Shown here piece after piece: positions 21,471 through 32,266 of a stretch of DNA of 64,000 nucleotides. Every line of letters starts with the position of its first letter. Within the stretch, counting starts at the first letter, position 1. Source of the DNA: an uncultured Cryptobacterium sp. (GTDB lineage: Bacteria; Actinomycetota; Coriobacteriia; Coriobacteriales; Eggerthellaceae). The notes under the pieces were generated by a model. That model saw nothing but the letters and a program-made list of their open reading frames with translations, was not told the origin of the DNA and ran no database searches. Location: positions 14,796 to 78,795 of the forward strand of contig CAZDCX010000003.1 in the NCBI GenBank assembly GCA_964504115.1. The letters run 5' to 3'. The position numbers and the translations under genes were made by a program.

Positions 21471-22828
21471 GAGTGCTTCCTCTCGTTCCAATGCTCGATT
21501 TCTGTTTGACGGGCACGCCCTAAACCTAACGCCCCCGCAGATACATCTTTGGTGATAACCGACCCTGCACCGATGGTGGAATTCTGACCAAGGGTGACAG
21601 GCGCTACTAGCATAACATCGCTGCCCACAAAACAATTATCGCCGATGACCGTTGGCCATTTCTTTTCGCCATCATAATTGCAGGTAATAGCACCAGCGCC
21701 GATGTTAACATCACGCCCTATTGTTGCATCACCCATATAAGACAAATGCGGAACCTTTGCGCCCGGGCCAACAGTAGACTTTTTAATCTCAACGTGAGTA
21801 CCAACCTTAGAGCCCTCACACAAATGTGAGCCGGTACGCAAATAAGCACGCGGACCACAATTAACCCGCGACTCCAATACCGACTCGACGCCAACGGTTT
21901 CCTCAACGCAGCAATCAGGCCCAACTACTACGTCAGTTAAACGAGTATTGGGGCCTATGATGCTACCAGTTGCAATGGTGGTGGAGCCGTAAAGAAACGT
22001 CATGGGGAGGATCTCAACATCGGGCTCAATCGCAACATCTGGGCCAATCCATGTTGTTGCAGGATCCATAATGGTGACGCCGGCAGCCATGTGCTTGTTG
22101 TTAATTCGCTCTTGTAAGGCTTTTGTTGCCTGAGCCAGCTGTGCCCTGGAATTAACACCCCAACACTCAGATGAATCGGTTGCCTGGTATCCCACCACGC
22201 GCAAACCTTGCTGACGGGCAATCTCAACCACATCGGTTAAATAATATTCTCCTTGAGCATTATCAGTTGAAACCTTCTCAAGAGCGTCAAAAAGAACCTT
22301 GATATCAAAGCAGTAAAAACCGGAATTGCATTCATGTATGGCAGCTTGCTCGGCGTTGCAATCCTTCTGCTCAACAATCGCACACACATCGCCTGCCTCG
22401 TCTCGAATGATGCGACCATAACCTGTTGGATCTTCAACAGCCATGGTAAGCACCACAACAGCAGCCTGCGACTCTTCACGGACGCGCACCAACTCTTGAA
22501 TGGTAGACGGCCGAACCAAAGGAGAATCGCCCGTCAGAACAACCAAAGAGCCCACGGTGTTTGCAAGCGCTTCCTTGGCAATGAGAACAGCATGTGCTGT
22601 GCCAAGTTGCTCTTCTTGCACCACGGTTGTGGTGTCTGCAACGAGCGGAGCAACATAATCACGGCCATGGCCAATAACACTCACTATCTGGTTGATACCA
22701 GCTTCGCGAGCGGAATCAATCACCCAACGCACCAGAGGCTTGTTCATAATCTCATGGGCAACTTTAGGTTTTGCTGATTTCATACGAGTACCGGCACCCG
22801 CAGCTAGAATAAGCGCAGAAGCTTCCAT
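21467..22828 (-). CDS. glmU: Bifunctional UDP-GlcNAc pyrophosphorylase / glucosamine-1-P acetyltransferase
   Basis: LAAGAGTRMKS, QLGTAHA, GYGRIIR, QGEYYLTD, HLSYMGDA, TCNYDG. Confidence 0.97.
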   Translation of the reverse strand: MEASALILAAGAGTRMKSAKPKVAHEIMNKPLVRWVIDSAREAGINQIVSVIGHGRDYVAPLVADTTTVVQEEQLGTAHAVLIAKEALANTVGSLVVLTGDSPLVRPSTIQELVRVREESQAAVVVLTMAVEDPTGYGRIIRDEAGDVCAIVEQKDCNAEQAAIHECNSGFYCFDIKVLFDALEKVSTDNAQGEYYLTDVVEIARQQGLRVVGYQATDSSECWGVNSRAQLAQATKALQERINNKHMAAGVTIMDPATTWIGPDVAIEPDVEILPMTFLYGSTTIATGSIIGPNTRLTDVVVGPDCCVEETVGVESVLESRVNCGPRAYLRTGSHLCEGSKVGTHVEIKKSTVGPGAKVPHLSYMGDATIGRDVNIGAGAITCNYDGEKKWPTVIGDNCFVGSDVMLVAPVTLGQNSTIGAGSVITKDVSAGALGLGRARQTEIEHWNERKHS

Positions 22829-22900
22829 AGATACCCTTCCCTTCCTTACCGGCAGCAAGTCACAGTATAGCAAAAGGTAAAATATCGGAAATGATTTGGA

Positions 22901-23806
22901 CTATTTCAGCAAAAGTAAGGCTGAGCACAACGCATCTAAGAGCACGATTGCATAATGCTGAGCCGAGCGCTCTTCCCCAGCATCTTCCCAGCTTTCACTT
23001 GGCAAGCGAAGGGCAATGCGCCGGGGATGATCATTTTTTGCCGCAATAAAAGCTTGGCTCAAACGCGAAGGTAAGGTTTCTTCGTCGGCATAATCGACAA
23101 CAGGAATTGTTTGGGCAGGCGACTCCGGGTCAACAAGAATTTGAACAAACAGCATGTTTTCGTCTGGTTCAACCAAAAGAGAATCGGCACTGGTAACTTT
23201 AGAAGCAGGATTGGTAGCTAAAGCCAAGTTTGACATGCGGGCTGCAACGGCTCGCGTAAACGTTTCCACGCCAAACACGCACAGCATATTTGTTTCTAAA
23301 ACTTCATACGCACGAGCAAAACCAAGATTGGGCATAGGACGGCGCGCATCTTTGTCTTTCCAGGAATGTTGCAAATTGTTCAACGCCCGAAACGTAAAAG
23401 CACCAGCTATGCCATCAGAGGGCAAGCCCATATTGAGCTGAAAACGCCGCAGAGCGTCTTCGGTATGAGGGCCAAAAATGCCATCAATATCGCCGCACGT
23501 GAAACCGAGAATTGATAGCGCACTTTGCAAAACAAATACGTCGTGCCCATGGAAAAACGGTACCCGCAAGAACAGATTGCGATCGCCCAGCTCAAAGGAA
23601 GCATCAACAAGTTTGGTCCAAACCAGCTCGTCTACTTCTTCCCGAATATCGATGCCCGACGCCTCGCACAACGCTGCAACCGCATGTGCCGTAGCATCAT
23701 CAAAAACCCCTGTTTTTTGCGTTTTGGAAAGATAACCTGCCTTGATTAGTCGGCGCTGAACATCTTCAACAGCAGCGCCAACATCATGCTTTGCAATAGT
23801 TTTCAT
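22901..23806 (-). CDS. Peptidoglycan-binding domain protein (CwlM-like N-terminus)
   Basis: Two PG_binding_1-like repeats: VEDVQRRLIKAGY..GVFDDATAHAV and DVFVLQSALSILGF..DGIFGPHTEDALRRFQLNMGLPSDGIAG. Confidence 0.82.
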   Translation of the reverse strand: MKTIAKHDVGAAVEDVQRRLIKAGYLSKTQKTGVFDDATAHAVAALCEASGIDIREEVDELVWTKLVDASFELGDRNLFLRVPFFHGHDVFVLQSALSILGFTCGDIDGIFGPHTEDALRRFQLNMGLPSDGIAGAFTFRALNNLQHSWKDKDARRPMPNLGFARAYEVLETNMLCVFGVETFTRAVAARMSNLALATNPASKVTSADSLLVEPDENMLFVQILVDPESPAQTIPVVDYADEETLPSRLSQAFIAAKNDHPRRIALRLPSESWEDAGEERSAQHYAIVLLDALCSALLLLK

Positions 23807-23814
23807 GAGCCTCA

Positions 23815-24924
23815 CTACTTTAAACGCTCGACAAACCAATCCGCCATGGAAAGAAGCAGATCACGCTCGAGAGAGGCAGGCAATACCTTCTTAAGATTGC
23901 TTTTGGCTCTCTCGGTTAATGATTCAGCATACCTACGAGCATATTCTATACTGCCCGACTCGCGCATAAGGGTAACTGCTTCTTCCAATATCTTCGGATC
24001 GGTTTCTTTGGATGAGAGAATTTCAATCAGGCGATCGCGCTTTTGAGAGTGCTGCAAGGCATGCACCGCAACTAAAGTGCGCTTTCCCTCGGTAATATCG
24101 CTTCGAAAATCTTTTTCTTTTGCTTCTTTGGTTCCAATCAGATTCAAAAGATCATCTTGAATTTGGAAGGCCAAACCCGTATCGAGGCCAAAAGCGCGCA
24201 TACCCTCAACCTGCTCTTCAGGAGCGCCGCCAACCATAGCCCCTATAGCAAGCGGGACACCGCCTGAATAGTGAGCGGTTTTATGAGTAGCCATGACCAG
24301 GTAATCTTCCACGGTAATATCATAGCGAGCATCGCGCGCCCATCCAATATCAAGCGCTTGGCCTTCAACGGTATTTTGGGCCATAGAAACCAACTCAATG
24401 GCAACACGAACCTTCGTGGAATCATCCAGCAAAGGATCGCGCATCACAATGCCGTTAACAATGGAAAGAGCCAAATCGCCCGCGTTGATAGCTAGCCCTT
24501 CGCCCTCGGTTAGATGCATACAAGGCTCGCCGCGACGAAGCAGCGCCTCATCGGCAATATCGTCGTGAATCAAGGCAGCGGTGTGGAAATGCTCAATTGC
24601 AGCCGCAGCCGAAAACGCCCGCCTATGGTCGCCCCCAACAGCGGCACACGCGGCAACACAAATCAAAGGACGGTGGCGTTTGCCTGCATTGCTGCTGTAC
24701 TTCAAAAGGGGATCATATAAATAGGTATCCATGTCGGGGTGTGAGCCACGCGGAATAAACAAGTTAATAACTTGCCCAACCTGATCTGCACAAGTATTGA
24801 GGTAGACCTCAAATAAAGAAGGATCTTCTTCAGAAGTAGCCTTATGCTCTTCACAGTAGGCATGAAAAGAAGAGAACATGTTCTTGATTTCTGGGCTATC
24901 TAAAATCTGAGAAGCAGTGGTCAT
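23815..24924 (-). CDS. Polyprenyl (geranylgeranyl) diphosphate synthase
   Basis: GKRHRP, LIHDDIAD...RRG, GQALD, KTA, FQIQDDLL, DITEGKRT. Confidence 0.95.
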   Translation of the reverse strand: MTTASQILDSPEIKNMFSSFHAYCEEHKATSEEDPSLFEVYLNTCADQVGQVINLFIPRGSHPDMDTYLYDPLLKYSSNAGKRHRPLICVAACAAVGGDHRRAFSAAAAIEHFHTAALIHDDIADEALLRRGEPCMHLTEGEGLAINAGDLALSIVNGIVMRDPLLDDSTKVRVAIELVSMAQNTVEGQALDIGWARDARYDITVEDYLVMATHKTAHYSGGVPLAIGAMVGGAPEEQVEGMRAFGLDTGLAFQIQDDLLNLIGTKEAKEKDFRSDITEGKRTLVAVHALQHSQKRDRLIEILSSKETDPKILEEAVTLMRESGSIEYARRYAESLTERAKSNLKKVLPASLERDLLLSMADWFVERLK

Positions 24925-25091
24925 GGGTGAAGCTTTCCATTCATATGGTCATTTCTTACGCAGCCTTGGTTGTTGCTTGTTCGCACGCATCCTTGATACA
25001 GAGTTAGTGCCTAGCAGCCAAATCTATTACAAGCGCCCTTTAAAGAAGAGCCCTTGCAAAACATCTGCCATTAACAACCGGTAAAGATAAG

Positions 25092-25176
25092 TGGTAGGAG
25101 CGGTGGGACTCGAACCCACAAGCCCGAAGGCGGCGGATTTTAAGTCCGCTGCGTATGCCAATTTCGCCACGCTCCC
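25092..25176 (-). tRNA. tRNA-Leu (UAA), CCA encoded
   Basis: GGGAGCGTGGCGAAATTGGCATACGCAGCGGACTTAAAATCCGCCGCCTTCGGGCTTGTGGGTTCGAGTCCCACCGCTCCTACCA; long variable arm. Confidence 0.97.
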
Positions 25177-25292
25177 GTATATCTCCGCAAGGCAAGCGTT
25201 ACCATGATAACAAAATTTGCCCCATTGGGTACATAGAGTGCCATTGCAATTAAGAACTTGTTGCACCGATGAGAATAGCGTATTTCCCATCA

Positions 25293-26234
25293 TTAAGAAA
25301 CAAAAGTACGCGACATATCCATAATAAGCCCTTGTAAAATGTCTGATTCGCTTACCGTGAACTCCGCGCATCCTGCTGCATCGAGTACCTCAAGTAAAAT
25401 TGCCATACCTGCCACAATAACCGAAGCACGTGCGGGCTCCAAACCCACAACCTGCTTGCGCTGCTGCAGCGGTTTGCTGCTTACTTCTTTATAAATTCGC
25501 TCGAGCACAGAACGCGGTACTCGCGTACCATCAACCTCAGCCGAATCATATACTTCCATGCGCTTATCAATCGAAACCACACTGGTTGCTGTTCCCGCAA
25601 CGGCCACCACGCGATCGATTATGCAACCTTGCTTGCGCGCCTCGCAAAATAATGGCGCCAACTGCGACTGCACCCACAAGCGGGCCAGAGCATGCTCTTC
25701 GGCAGTAGGAGGATCGCCATGAAAGTATCGCTCGGTAACACGCCGGCAGCCAATATTGAAGGAGTGAGCAAAACGCGGGTTGCCGCCCCCAACACCAAAA
25801 ATGACCTCGGTTGAACCGCCACCAATATCAACAACAAGAATGTTTTCGCCTGTAAAATTACACGATGCGCCTTTAAATGAAAGAGATGCTTCCCGCTCGC
25901 CCTGAATCACCGAAAGCGAAATTCCTAACGCCTGCAAACGCTCTACCAGCTCAGATGAATTTTTTGCATCACGCGAAGCACTGGTTGCAATAGCGCTGAT
26001 TGGGATGGTTGAGTGCTCAGAATCGCGATACGTTTTGATAATACGCAGATAATCAGCAATTTGCTCAACCACGCGATCAATAGCATCAGGGGCCAAAAGG
26101 CCAGTTTTATCCACCCCGATACCAAGATTAGTGATGGCGCACTGCCGCTCTTGCTCAGTCAGAACGCCCTGCTCAATATCGGCTACCAAAAGACGGCAAG
26201 TAACTGTTCCAATATCTATAGCAGCAAAGCGCAT
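25293..26234 (-). CDS. ppx: Ppx/GppA family exopolyphosphatase
   Basis: AAIDIGTVTCRL, IATSASRDAKN, GEREA, DIGGGSTE, VAGTATS, SESDILQG. Confidence 0.92.
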   Translation of the reverse strand: MRFAAIDIGTVTCRLLVADIEQGVLTEQERQCAITNLGIGVDKTGLLAPDAIDRVVEQIADYLRIIKTYRDSEHSTIPISAIATSASRDAKNSSELVERLQALGISLSVIQGEREASLSFKGASCNFTGENILVVDIGGGSTEVIFGVGGGNPRFAHSFNIGCRRVTERYFHGDPPTAEEHALARLWVQSQLAPLFCEARKQGCIIDRVVAVAGTATSVVSIDKRMEVYDSAEVDGTRVPRSVLERIYKEVSSKPLQQRKQVVGLEPARASVIVAGMAILLEVLDAAGCAEFTVSESDILQGLIMDMSRTFVS

Positions 26235-26235
26235 A

Positions 26236-27366
26236 CTAGCCCCTATAGCCAAATAAAACATCGAGAATACCCGAATACCAGGTATCAGGAGCAGATATGC
26301 TCTCTTCTGAAACCGCATAGAGAATATCTTGAGAGTTATCAGTCTTGGTAACCTCTACCCCTTCAACGGTTGCAGATTTCTCATCAGAACGTATCCAACC
26401 AAGCTCGGATCGAGCATAATCTTCAACACCCTCGTCGGTGTTGAGATAATCGATACTTGCCTGCATCTGCGCATTGTAAGATTCAATTGCTTCATACTCA
26501 GCCTGTAATTGCTGAAGTTGGCGTACCTCTTGATAGTAACTTGCGCACGAAGGATACAAGAGAGCAACGGCAAACACTGCCACAACCAACACAGCCAGTA
26601 CCCTGGTCGCCGCTGGTGATAACGAATTGAATCGAGAAAGGAAGCGCGGCGAGCTTGATGAACGCTGATCCTTTTCCTGCATACGTGATGATTTGCGCTG
26701 AGTAGCCCCCATATGCATTTCATACATGGCTGCCCGACTCGTCTCACCCTGCGAATCCGATGCCTTATCATGCACAGCAACCGTTTTCTCAAAGGCTCGA
26801 TCGGCCTTAGCACTACGAAAACGCTTACGCAATTCCTGGGCAAAGGACTTATTTTGCGCACGCTGAGCCTTCTCGCGCGCTGGCGACACGCGAGCCGATC
26901 CGGCTTTATTGCGTTCTTGCGCAGTCGATTGACGAGCAGCGCTTCGCGCAGGGCTGCCTTGAGAAGGCTTAATTCTTTTTTGCGCCTGCGGAGCCTGCCT
27001 ATTATTGAGGGGATGTGACTCAACGAGAGCACTTGCATATCGATCGGACGCTTTGCCGCGCGGTCTTGTGGTGGAAGATACCTGGCGAGCCGCAGGAGCA
27101 TCGTAGCCCCTCAAAGATGCGTGAGCAGCATGCTGGGTTTCTTGGATACGCGCAGCCACATTTCGCGATTGCCGGTGTCCCTGAGCAGAAACGCGAGAGG
27201 TGCGCTGAGCGCCCGACCGCGAGGGAGCCTGCGTTTCGTGGCTTGCATGCGACGAAAGGCTCGCACGAGAATGCGAGCTACGCACAGAAGGACGAACGGA
27301 ACGCGCCGAAGAGGCTTCTTGAGCCTTTAGATCATCAAACGACAAAATATTCGCTTGGCGCGTCAC
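26236..27366 (-). CDS. Septum formation initiator (FtsB/DivIC) with a very long basic N-terminal extension
   Basis: TM helix VLAVLVVAVFAVALL, coiled coil, then YLNTDEGVEDYARSELGWIRSDE; located upstream of ppx. GTG 27366 chosen for its SD AAGGGG. Confidence 0.8.
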   Translation of the reverse strand: MTRQANILSFDDLKAQEASSARSVRPSVRSSHSRASLSSHASHETQAPSRSGAQRTSRVSAQGHRQSRNVAARIQETQHAAHASLRGYDAPAARQVSSTTRPRGKASDRYASALVESHPLNNRQAPQAQKRIKPSQGSPARSAARQSTAQERNKAGSARVSPAREKAQRAQNKSFAQELRKRFRSAKADRAFEKTVAVHDKASDSQGETSRAAMYEMHMGATQRKSSRMQEKDQRSSSSPRFLSRFNSLSPAATRVLAVLVVAVFAVALLYPSCASYYQEVRQLQQLQAEYEAIESYNAQMQASIDYLNTDEGVEDYARSELGWIRSDEKSATVEGVEVTKTDNSQDILYAVSEESISAPDTWYSGILDVLFGYRG

Positions 27367-27468
27367 AGAAAAATACCCCTTAAGCATCTAGGTTCGGTTA
27401 ACTGGTGCAAGTGATGCTGAGATCGTATTCATAATAACACAGCCGCAGATCAATTAAGCCTGCGCGCT

Positions 27469-27506
27469 AAAAAAGGGAGGATCTTTTACAGATTCTCCCT
27501 TTTTTT
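27469..27506 (-). terminator. Intrinsic terminator after yebC (bidirectional-type)
   Basis: AAAAAAGGGAGGATCT-TTTAC-AGATTCTCCCTTTTTTT. Confidence 0.85.
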
Positions 27507-27573
27507 ATAATACCTGGTCACAGGGGGTATTTTTAGTTGAATGATTCAGAATGAAACAGACTCATTCATGCTG

Positions 27574-28371
27574 TTATTCGTCAAGCGCCTCAGCAATTTC
27601 GTCGGTGATATCCATGGCATGATACACATTCTGAAGATCTTCCAATTCTTCCAGTTTATCAATGAGGCGCATTACCTTTTTGGCATCTGCAACCGAAACC
27701 GTTGCTGGCGTGGTAGGCTCCATAATAAACTCGGCGCCTTTGGTAACAATGCCTGCCTCTTCAAGAGCCTTTTTAACAGCCATTAAATCACTCGGGCTGG
27801 TATAGACGATCCATTCCTCATCGGCATCTTCATAATCGGTGCCACCTGCATCAGCTACTGCCATCATGAATTCTTCTTCATCACCAGCAGCACCGTTTGC
27901 CTTCATGCCTTCTTTTTTGTCGCCTTCGATTTGCTTTTCAATAAGGATCTGACCCTTACGCTCAAACTGGAAAGCAACCGAACCCGATGTACCCAAATTG
28001 CCGCCATGATGACTGAAAGCAGCACGGACATCGGCAGCGGTGCGATTGCGATTATCGGTTAAAGCCTCACAATAAATAGCAACGCCACACGGCCCATAAC
28101 CCTCATACACTACCGTTTCATAGTTGGCAGCATCCTTGCCGGAGCCAAAAGCCTTATCGATAGCTGTTTTGATTTTATCTTTTGGCAAAGAATAACCTTT
28201 AGCCTTATCGATAGCAGCAGCTAAAGAAGCGTTATTATCAGGATTTGGGTCGCCACCCTCCTTAGCCGCAACGGTAATGTTACGGGAAAGCTTAGAAAAC
28301 AGTGCGGAACGCTTTGCGTCCTGAGCTGCTTTACGATGCTTGGTAGTTGCCCATTTTGAATGCCCTGACAT
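27574..28371 (-). CDS. yebC: YebC/PmpR (TACO1) family protein
   Basis: MSGHSKWATTKHRK, GGDPNPDNNASL, YEGYGPCGVA, LTDNRNRTAADVR, EDLQNVYH. Confidence 0.96.
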   Translation of the reverse strand: MSGHSKWATTKHRKAAQDAKRSALFSKLSRNITVAAKEGGDPNPDNNASLAAAIDKAKGYSLPKDKIKTAIDKAFGSGKDAANYETVVYEGYGPCGVAIYCEALTDNRNRTAADVRAAFSHHGGNLGTSGSVAFQFERKGQILIEKQIEGDKKEGMKANGAAGDEEEFMMAVADAGGTDYEDADEEWIVYTSPSDLMAVKKALEEAGIVTKGAEFIMEPTTPATVSVADAKKVMRLIDKLEELEDLQNVYHAMDITDEIAEALDE

Positions 28372-28580
28372 ATGTAAACCTTTCCGATAATGCGATACCA
28401 GCCGAATATACTAACACATGACTATCCCGCCTGCATAAGTGAAGACACGCTCTACAGAATATTTATGGTTAAAGAAGCAATACCAACACTTGAAAGGAGG
28501 CTACTAACCAGCATCTACCCATCTGGATAAACCGCGCTCTCCCATTGAAACCACAAGCGCATCAAGACGGCTTGTGGAGC

Positions 28581-28620
28581 AAAAAAGTACCTAGGAACGG
28601 CCAAAGCAATTCCTAGGTAC
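28581..28620 (-). terminator. Intrinsic terminator
   Basis: Minus strand GTACCTAGGAA-(12 nt)-TTCCTAGGTAC-TTTTTT, perfect 11-bp stem. Confidence 0.85.
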
Positions 28621-28678
28621 GAATAACATACAACGTGGCACTTCCTTGGAACTTACGCTTATTCTGAGTAACCACCAA
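28613..28678 (-). CDS. Candidate 21-aa small ORF MVVTQNKRKFQGSATLYVIRT
   Basis: TTG start 8 nt after AGGGGG SD (28692-28687); in-frame upstream stop at 28714-28712; TAG lies inside the terminator 5' arm. Confidence 0.4.
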   Translation of the reverse strand: MVVTQNKRKFQGSATLYVIRT

Positions 28679-28946
28679 ACCAACTTCCCCCTGGCTTCTT
28701 TTCGGGTTGCCTCAAAATATGTAACGAAAGGGATACCCTTTGCGTAACAGCAAGCTTACACCGCGCTGTCTGTGCTTTTATTTTCCCAAAATATCAAAAC
28801 TTTCAAATCAGATTTCCGCCACCGAGCAAAACGAGCGGTAATCAGCACAAACTGCGCCCAACGCTCCTAAAAAATCAAAAACAACAGCCTCAATACTAGA
28901 TAAAGCTTGCCTTGTCTTGCGTAGATCAAGGCAAGCCTTCGGGCGT

Positions 28947-29771
28947 TTAGTATGCTTCGTGCGCAGCCTCAATAAGCTGGCGGAAGGTGTCGGCTGCAAG
29001 CGAGGCGCCACCAACCAATCCACCATCGATATCTGGCTGAGCTAACAAATGAGCCACATTGCCGACATTCATAGAGCCCCCGTATAAAATACGCGTTGCC
29101 TGGGCGACAGCAGTGCCATAGAGCTCTTCCAGTAAGGTACGGATAGTGCCACAAACTTCTTGCGCTTGTTCGGGCGTTGCCGTACGTCCAGTACCAATGG
29201 CCCAAATTGGCTCATATGCCACAACGACATGCTTCATATCAAGAGCATCGAGCCCAGCAAACGCGGCACGCACCTGAGCGGTTATAAACTCAAGATAATC
29301 GCCCGAATCGCGCATAGCTAATGATTCGCCCACGCACACGATAGGCACAATACCCGCCTCAACAAGCGCTTTTACCTTCAAATTCACTGAGGTGTCAGTT
29401 TCAGCAAAATACTCACGGCGCTCAGAATGGCCTACTATGCAATACTCACAGCCCGCATCTTTAATCATCGGGATTGAAATTTCTCCCGTGAAAGCACCTG
29501 ATTCTTCCCAATGAACATTTTGTGCGCCTAGGGAAATATCGGTTTTATCAAAATCGATAACAGTAAAGGCCGATTTTAAATCGATTGCTGGAGGACATAA
29601 AACAATATCAACATCTTCCCACTTGCGATTGTACTGGTTACACAGCTGCTGAGTAAGTACCACTGCTTCGGGAATGGTCTTATTCATCTTCCAGTTGCCA
29701 GCCATAAGATAGGTACGCATACCGTCTGCCCTCACTTTTTGTTCGGCTTTATTTTGTTTAAAGAATGCCAT
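28947..29771 (-). CDS. tpiA: Triosephosphate isomerase
   Basis: AGNWKMN, GAFTGEIS, GHSERR, AYEPIWAIGTG, LYGGS, GLVGGASL. Confidence 0.98.
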   Translation of the reverse strand: MAFFKQNKAEQKVRADGMRTYLMAGNWKMNKTIPEAVVLTQQLCNQYNRKWEDVDIVLCPPAIDLKSAFTVIDFDKTDISLGAQNVHWEESGAFTGEISIPMIKDAGCEYCIVGHSERREYFAETDTSVNLKVKALVEAGIVPIVCVGESLAMRDSGDYLEFITAQVRAAFAGLDALDMKHVVVAYEPIWAIGTGRTATPEQAQEVCGTIRTLLEELYGTAVAQATRILYGGSMNVGNVAHLLAQPDIDGGLVGGASLAADTFRQLIEAAHEAY

Positions 29772-29774
29772 AAT

Positions 29775-30959
29775 CTACTTCAATGCTTCCACGCCTGGTA
29801 ACGCTTCGCCTTGTACTAATTCCATAGAAGCGCCACCACCAGTTGAGATAAACGTCATCTGATCGGCAAGATCAAACTTATTTACGGCAGCAACACTGTC
29901 GCCACCGCCGATAATAGTATCAGCCTGCTTGTTTTGCGCAACCGCCTGTGCAACGCCTTTTGTACCAGCTTCATAAGAAGACATCTCAAATACGCCCATA
30001 GGGCCATTCCAGAAGACCGTTTGAGCAGCAGCAATAGCCTCAGCATAACGTGCGGTAGTTTTTGGCCCAATATCAAGACCCATCATATCCTCAGGGATAG
30101 CATCAACACCGCAGGTAAGCGTTTTTGCGTCGTTAGCAAAGGCATCGGCACACACCACATCGGTAGGTAAAAGTATTGAAACACCCTTGGCTTTTGCCTT
30201 GGCCAGCATTTCTTTGGCCCGGTCAATCCAATCTGCTTCCATGAGCGACGTGCCCACTGAATACCCTTGAGCCACTAAGAAGGTAAAGCACATGCCACCG
30301 CCAATAATAAGCGTGTCGCATTTATCAATCAGAGCGTCGATAACTGCCACTTTATCAGAGACTTTCGAACCACCCAGAATAGCCACAAAGGGATGCTTTG
30401 GATTCTCAAGCATGGAAGTGAGTGTGGTAACTTCTTTGGTCATAAGTGCGCCCGCATAGGCTGGCAAATATGCTGCCACACCAGCCGTAGAGGCATGTGC
30501 ACGATGAGCGGCACCAAAAGCATCGTTGACATACAGATCGGCCAAGGCAGCAAGAGCTTGTGCAAACTTGGGGTCGTTCTTTTTTTCGAGCTTATCGAAG
30601 CGCACGTTTTCCAACAACGCAACCTGACCATCCTGCAAATTGGCAACTACCTCATGCGCAGCCGGACCAATCGTGTCAGTTGCAAAGGCAACGGGCTGGC
30701 CGAGCACCTCTTCAAGATGCCGAGCCACAGGCGCTAAAGAATACTCTTCTTGATAACCCGTGCCATCAGGTCGACCCAGATGACTGCATAAGATAACTTT
30801 AGCGCCGCGCTCTACTAACGTTTTGATCGTAGGAAGTGCCGCCTGAATACGAGTATCATCGGTAACCGTTGTTCCAGAAAGGGGCACATTAAAATCGACA
30901 CGACACAATACCCGTTTACCTTTCACGTCTGCGTCGGTAAAAGTTTTTACGGTACCCAT
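29775..30959 (-). CDS. pgk: Phosphoglycerate kinase
   Basis: RVDFNVP, SHLGRP, LENVRF, NDAFGAAHRAHAS, WNGPMGVFE, STGGGAS. Confidence 0.98.
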   Translation of the reverse strand: MGTVKTFTDADVKGKRVLCRVDFNVPLSGTTVTDDTRIQAALPTIKTLVERGAKVILCSHLGRPDGTGYQEEYSLAPVARHLEEVLGQPVAFATDTIGPAAHEVVANLQDGQVALLENVRFDKLEKKNDPKFAQALAALADLYVNDAFGAAHRAHASTAGVAAYLPAYAGALMTKEVTTLTSMLENPKHPFVAILGGSKVSDKVAVIDALIDKCDTLIIGGGMCFTFLVAQGYSVGTSLMEADWIDRAKEMLAKAKAKGVSILLPTDVVCADAFANDAKTLTCGVDAIPEDMMGLDIGPKTTARYAEAIAAAQTVFWNGPMGVFEMSSYEAGTKGVAQAVAQNKQADTIIGGGDSVAAVNKFDLADQMTFISTGGGASMELVQGEALPGVEALK

Positions 30960-31028
30960 AACTCATATCCTCCTTGTATTTTTATTGCTTGTGCGCAGAA
31001 GCCATGCGCTTGCAATTGATTATCTCAA

Positions 31029-31069
31029 AATAAAAGAGAGTCTCCCAACAGCAGAAACCCTCTTTTATT
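31029..31069 (-). terminator. Terminator-like hairpin between gap and pgk
   Basis: Minus strand AAAAGAGGGTTTCT-loop-GGAGACTCTCTTTT followed by ATTTT. Confidence 0.7.
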
Positions 31070-31115
31070 ACTTATTTTATTTATGCCTTAAATCCTGACT
31101 GTGGTGTATAAGCCA

Positions 31116-32234
<1,119 letters not shown>

Positions 32235-32266
32235 TTAACGGCAGTGATTATTATTACGTTTTAAGG

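Noticed and set aside
28372-28946. secG or 6S RNA after tpiA
   Set aside because: No two-TM ORF, and no long closing stem with a central bubble was recognisable.
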